This document shows, piece by piece, positions 39,319 through 43,488 of a DNA stretch of 43,488 nucleotides; the stretch's first letter is position 1, and the number at the start of each line of letters is the position of its first letter. This DNA comes from Nitrospinota bacterium (GTDB lineage: Bacteria; Nitrospinota; Nitrospinia; Nitrospinales; VA-1), in assembly GCA_038108555.1 (NCBI GenBank), contig JAYNIA010000021.1, forward strand, positions 1 to 43,488. The letters run 5' to 3'. A program made the translations under genes and the position numbers. Under the pieces are notes generated by a model. It was given only the letters and a program-made list of their open reading frames with translations, was not told the DNA's origin and ran no database searches.

Positions 39319-42300
39319 AATGTAGCCTTTTCAGCATTCAAGGACTTGGACAGCTTCTGGAGATAAGAGGAAACTATTTTTAAATCCGCCTTCCAACCTT
39401 TTCTTTCAATAAGAATTCCAATCTGAAACTCAGAAAGCATCGTCATTCTTTCATCTAAAATGGAGGCCAGGTTTTCAGGACTTAATGGAGTAGAAGGCAT
39501 CAATGTTAAAAGGGCTTTCCCATTTTTCATTTCGACCTTATTTATATGCAATTGTTGGCAAAAAATGCGAATCTCTATTAATGCTAATAGTTTTTGAACG
39601 GGTTCCGGATAGGGACCAAAACGATCCGTAATTTCTCGTGAAAGTGCAGCACATTCATTCTTATCTCCAGCCAATTGAATTCGGCGATAGAAGTCCAGTC
39701 TTTGATTGAGGTCTGGCACATAATCGTTTGGAATAAAACCTTTGACTAAAAGGTCAATTTCAACTTCTATGCCCGGCTCGACTTTTTCTCCACGAATATC
39801 TTTGACCATATCTTCCACGAGTTTGCAGTAAAGGTCGAACCCTACGGAAGCGATGTGTCCCGATTGGTCACTCCCAAGCATGTTCCCCACCCCTCTTATT
39901 TCCATATCTCTAGCAGCCAATTGAAAACCTGCTCCTAATTCACTGAGCTCTTCCATGGCGGACAACCTCTTTCGAGCTTCGTTACTAAGAACACCCGTTC
40001 CCGGGATCAATAAGTAAGCATAAGCCTGATGCTTGTACCGCCCGACTCTCCCCCTCAACTGATAAAGTTGAGCCAGACCAAACTGATCTGCCCTGTTAAT
40101 AATGATGGTATTTGCTGATGGGATATCCAGACCGGACTCGACAATAGAGGTACTGAGCAAAACATCTGTTTCCTTATCCAAGAATCTCTTCATGACTTTT
40201 TCAAGCTGATGTTCCGGCAATTGGCCATGCGCTATATCAATTCTGGCCTTGGGAACCAGCTTTCTGATTAACTCCGCAATAGAAGGAATACTATGGATTT
40301 TATTATGGACAAAAAATATCTGCCCTCCTCTATCGATTTCTCGCATTATCGCATCGCGAATAACCTCTTCATCAAATTTCCTTATAAAAGTTTTTACCGC
40401 CAGGCGATCGAGTGGAGGGGTCTCAATCACACTTAAATCGCGAACCCCCATTAATGAAAAATGCAGAGTTCTTGGTATGGGAGTTGCTGTGAGAGTCAAT
40501 ATATCCACAGAGTTTCTAAGTTTTTTCAGTTTTTCTTTATGCTTGACTCCAAACCTCTGCTCTTCATCTATAACGATCAGGCCCAGCGAAGCAAATTCAA
40601 CATCTTTGGAAAGCAAACGGTGGGTTCCAATGATAATATCGACTTCTCCCCGTTTTAATTTTTCTAAAGTATTCTTTTGCTCACGGGCGGTCCGGAAGCG
40701 GTTTACCATGTCAATATTAACGGGGTACTCTTTGAATCTTTCCTGAAAGGTTTGCAAATGTTGTTGTGCAAGAATGGTGGTAGGAACCAGGACGGCCACC
40801 TGCTTTTTATCCAAAACCACTTTAAATGCCGCCCGCATGGCAACTTCTGTCTTGCCGTAACCCACATCCCCACAAATCAACCGGTCAGTGGGCTTGTCCT
40901 TTTCAAGATCATTCTCCACTTCTTCAATAGCTTTTAATTGATCATCTGTTTCCTCATATTCAAAAGAATCTGCAAACTCCCGCACCAGCATTGTATTTGT
41001 TGAATAGGAGTGTCCCTTAGCAAGTTCCCGGGATGCATAAAGTTTCAGTAGATCTCCGGCCATTTCCTGAATGGCTTCTTTTACTTTTTTCTTTTGCCTT
41101 TTCCATGCAATTCCCCCCATCTTGCTAAGGGGAGGTGGAACATCCGTCCCTCCCACATATTTTTGAATAAAACCCAATCCTTCCATTGGTAAATAAAGTT
41201 TTTCATCATCGGCGTATTGGATATTAAGAAACTCACCACCCCCCATCCCGGTTTTTATTTCTTTCGTCCCCAAGTACAATCCGATGCCATAGTCCACATG
41301 GACGAGGAAGTCTCCCTTTTTTAAATCCTTCAATCCTCTTTGAAAACTTTGAGAGCGGGATTTTCTAATATGCCGATGCTTATGAGACCTTCCAAAAATT
41401 TCATGTTCCGCAATAAAAACCTGATTTGTAGATTTAAAATGGAACCCCTGATTCAGTCTTCCAAGATCCACATCGACTTCTAAATCCATTTCATTCATCA
41501 ACTCATGGATTCGACGAATCTGTCCTTTGGTGGGTGCAACGATGACAATATTTTGATCATCATTTTTCCATTTCATGACCTGGTCAGAAAAGGCATCCAG
41601 ATTTCCCGCCATTTGAGGAATTTGTTTTACCTCTATATAGTTTGAAATCTCATCATCCGCTGTTGTCTTGAGAGAACTTAACTTAATGGGGCCATGGAAA
41701 CCCTTGAATCTGGAAAAAAATTCTTCAGAGGTGAGATAAAATTCATCAGGGGCTGCCGCCAATCTGCCATTATCCAGGCAATGGTTGAATTCAGACTTAA
41801 TGAGCTGCTCATACTCCTGACTCTTTTCCAATAAACTGTCAGGCTCATCAAGTGCAATTAAGGTATTTGTCGGTAGGTAATCAAAAATGGTTTCTCTGGA
41901 ATCGAAAAAATATGGAGCCAGAAATTCCATTCCGGGGAAGAAACCCAGGTTTTCAATTTTTTCCTGGATCTCTTTGGTTTCAGATTCCGCATAACCCAGT
42001 TCTTCTGCCCGATTAAGAAATTTTTTCAAACCACCATCAATATCGGACTGGCTCAAGCAAAGGTCTCGAACCGGCAAAATGTCGATCCGTTCTAATTTAT
42101 TAATTGATATTTGTGAAAAAACATCAAACTCTCTAATAGATTCAACCGTATCCCCAAAAAACTCGATTCGAATCGGATTATTTGCACCCGGTGGAAAAAA
42201 ATCAACAATATCCCCTCGAACACTGAAATCGCATCTGTTTTCGACAAGCGATGCTCTTAAAAACCCGTTGTCAGCCAAACTGGTTTCCAAAAGTTCACGC

Positions 42301-42767
42301 TCCAATTCGTCTCCTTTTTGAAATGAAAACAAATTTCTCTTTAAAACGTATTTCGGTACAACGGTTTGCATGAGTGATTCAACAGAAGCAATTACAAACA
42401 GATTTTCCCCTCTTCCCAGCCGATTTAAAATTTCCAGTCTTTCACCTGAGATTTCACTTAGAGGGGAAAGCTGCTCGTAGGGTAAAATTTCCCAGGAAGG
42501 AAAACAAAGCGGTTGGGTATCAAGATTGAGATAATGAAAAAAATATTTTAAATCTTCAAGCAGAGCATCGCCTCGATTTTGATCGTTTGTAACAATCAAT
42601 ATCGGCTGTCCCTTATCTAATTGATTCAGGCGTGACAGAAAATAGGCACTTGCGGAACCACGAAGGCCTTCAACCCCGATTTCCCTTTGGGGATCCCTTA
42701 TGAAATCCTGAACTCGGGCCAGGCATTCCACCAATCCATCGCTTTGCATCGAAATGCTGTTGTTCAT
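39315..42767 (-). CDS. mfd: Transcription-repair coupling factor (start uncertain: 42788, 42767 or 42749)
   Basis: UvrB-like N-terminus (RGDIVD), VHVDYGIG, GDVGYGKTEVA, DEEQRFGV, QLRGRVGR, TRCF C-terminus. Confidence 0.97.
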   Translation of the reverse strand: MNNSISMQSDGLVECLARVQDFIRDPQREIGVEGLRGSASAYFLSRLNQLDKGQPILIVTNDQNRGDALLEDLKYFFHYLNLDTQPLCFPSWEILPYEQLSPLSEISGERLEILNRLGRGENLFVIASVESLMQTVVPKYVLKRNLFSFQKGDELERELLETSLADNGFLRASLVENRCDFSVRGDIVDFFPPGANNPIRIEFFGDTVESIREFDVFSQISINKLERIDILPVRDLCLSQSDIDGGLKKFLNRAEELGYAESETKEIQEKIENLGFFPGMEFLAPYFFDSRETIFDYLPTNTLIALDEPDSLLEKSQEYEQLIKSEFNHCLDNGRLAAAPDEFYLTSEEFFSRFKGFHGPIKLSSLKTTADDEISNYIEVKQIPQMAGNLDAFSDQVMKWKNDDQNIVIVAPTKGQIRRIHELMNEMDLEVDVDLGRLNQGFHFKSTNQVFIAEHEIFGRSHKHRHIRKSRSQSFQRGLKDLKKGDFLVHVDYGIGLYLGTKEIKTGMGGGEFLNIQYADDEKLYLPMEGLGFIQKYVGGTDVPPPLSKMGGIAWKRQKKKVKEAIQEMAGDLLKLYASRELAKGHSYSTNTMLVREFADSFEYEETDDQLKAIEEVENDLEKDKPTDRLICGDVGYGKTEVAMRAAFKVVLDKKQVAVLVPTTILAQQHLQTFQERFKEYPVNIDMVNRFRTAREQKNTLEKLKRGEVDIIIGTHRLLSKDVEFASLGLIVIDEEQRFGVKHKEKLKKLRNSVDILTLTATPIPRTLHFSLMGVRDLSVIETPPLDRLAVKTFIRKFDEEVIRDAIMREIDRGGQIFFVHNKIHSIPSIAELIRKLVPKARIDIAHGQLPEHQLEKVMKRFLDKETDVLLSTSIVESGLDIPSANTIIINRADQFGLAQLYQLRGRVGRYKHQAYAYLLIPGTGVLSNEARKRLSAMEELSELGAGFQLAARDMEIRGVGNMLGSDQSGHIASVGFDLYCKLVEDMVKDIRGEKVEPGIEVEIDLLVKGFIPNDYVPDLNQRLDFYRRIQLAGDKNECAALSREITDRFGPYPEPVQKLLALIEIRIFCQQLHINKVEMKNGKALLTLMPSTPLSPENLASILDERMTMLSEFQIGILIERKGWKADLKIVSSYLQKLSKSLNAEKATL

Positions 42768-42789
42768 GATATCGGATATAAAAAACAAA

Positions 42790-43167
42790 TCAGGCAGGGT
42801 TTGGATTATTTCCGGCCTTTTCGGGGAGCAGGTCGATCCATTTAGGTTCGCCTTTGGGTTTAAAATTTACGCATACAATAAAGGAAGGACCTTCATAAAA
42901 ATTCAACTTATAGTTTCCACCACCAAAGCGTTCGAATAAATATTCCTCAGGGCGGTCCCTGAAACCATCCACCTCTTCTTTTGTAAATTTTGCGATCTCA
43001 TAAAAATAGATTGCCACCCCCTCCAAAACTCCTGCCAACAAAACACAGTTGACCTTGCTGTAAATTTCTTCAAAACGTTCATCCATTTCTTCCTGACTTG
43101 GGTCGCGTTTTAATTCACGTTTAAGTTTGGGTTTGTAGTAATCTCTAAAAGCCTGTTTGATCCACAT
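42790..43167 (-). CDS. Hypothetical protein (FGGGNYKLNFY motif)
   Basis: 125-aa ORF immediately upstream of and co-directional with mfd. Confidence 0.75.
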   Translation of the reverse strand: MWIKQAFRDYYKPKLKRELKRDPSQEEMDERFEEIYSKVNCVLLAGVLEGVAIYFYEIAKFTKEEVDGFRDRPEEYLFERFGGGNYKLNFYEGPSFIVCVNFKPKGEPKWIDLLPEKAGNNPNPA

Positions 43168-43273
43168 AATATAATTTTGGAAATGTTTAAAGAGTCTGAA
43201 GGAAACCGCCAGATTGTATATAATATCATATCAGGTAATAAAGTAGGTACGCACACTTTCAATATAAACTGTA

Positions 43274-43488
43274 ATGGAAAATACCAAGGAAAAAATCCGG
43301 CATATCGGACTCATACAGATGACCTGCTCGCAGGACCCTGAAAAAAACCTGGAGTCCGCTATAAATACTGTTCGTGAAGCTGCAGGAAAAGGAGCCCAGA
43401 TCATTTGCCTGCCCGAGCTTTTTTTAACCCATTATTTTTGTCAAAGTGAAGACGCGGAATGCTTTTCTCTTGCGGAACCTATTCCCGG
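43274..43488 (+). CDS. Carbon-nitrogen hydrolase (nitrilase superfamily, N-carbamoylputrescine amidase-like), 5' part only
   Basis: Manual translation: MENTKEKIRHIGLIQMTCSQDPEKNLESAINTVREAAGKGAQIICLPELFLTHYFCQSEDAECFSLAEPIP, including the catalytic-Glu motif LPELF. Confidence 0.88.
   Translation, partial: MENTKEKIRHIGLIQMTCSQDPEKNLESAINTVREAAGKGAQIICLPELFLTHYFCQSEDAECFSLAEPIP

Overview
AT-rich, gene-dense bacterial chromosomal window, mostly coded on the minus strand. Gene content suggests Nitrospinota or a similar diderm chemolithotroph; this is an inference, not a database result. Housekeeping blocks: ftsE-ftsX-envC-S41 protease; rne; mfd-PPIase-PPIase-tilS-ftsH-folP-pdxJ; gap-tpiA-secG-tRNA-Leu(GAG); metF. 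The most notable locus is a b6f-like Rieske/cytochrome b cluster (about 19.7-26.9 kb). It has a split cytochrome b with a heme-ci Cys and APWY instead of PEWY, and a 903-aa membrane-anchored octaheme cytochrome c on a coiled-coil stalk. It also has a 60-aa membrane microprotein that looks like a detached piece of subunit IV, an apparently inactive membrane-anchored Mrr-fold protein, and an upstream Lpd-like flavoprotein with no redox cysteines. Other points of interest: a three-gene glycosyltransferase operon with a Maf-like domain behind a sigma-28-like promoter (candidate flagellin glycosylation), an enlarged Cys-substituted pgk outside the gap-tpi operon, a roughly 350-nt structured rne leader, and a repeated IHF-like intergenic motif. 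No integrase, transposase, reverse transcriptase, CRISPR array or rRNA was seen.
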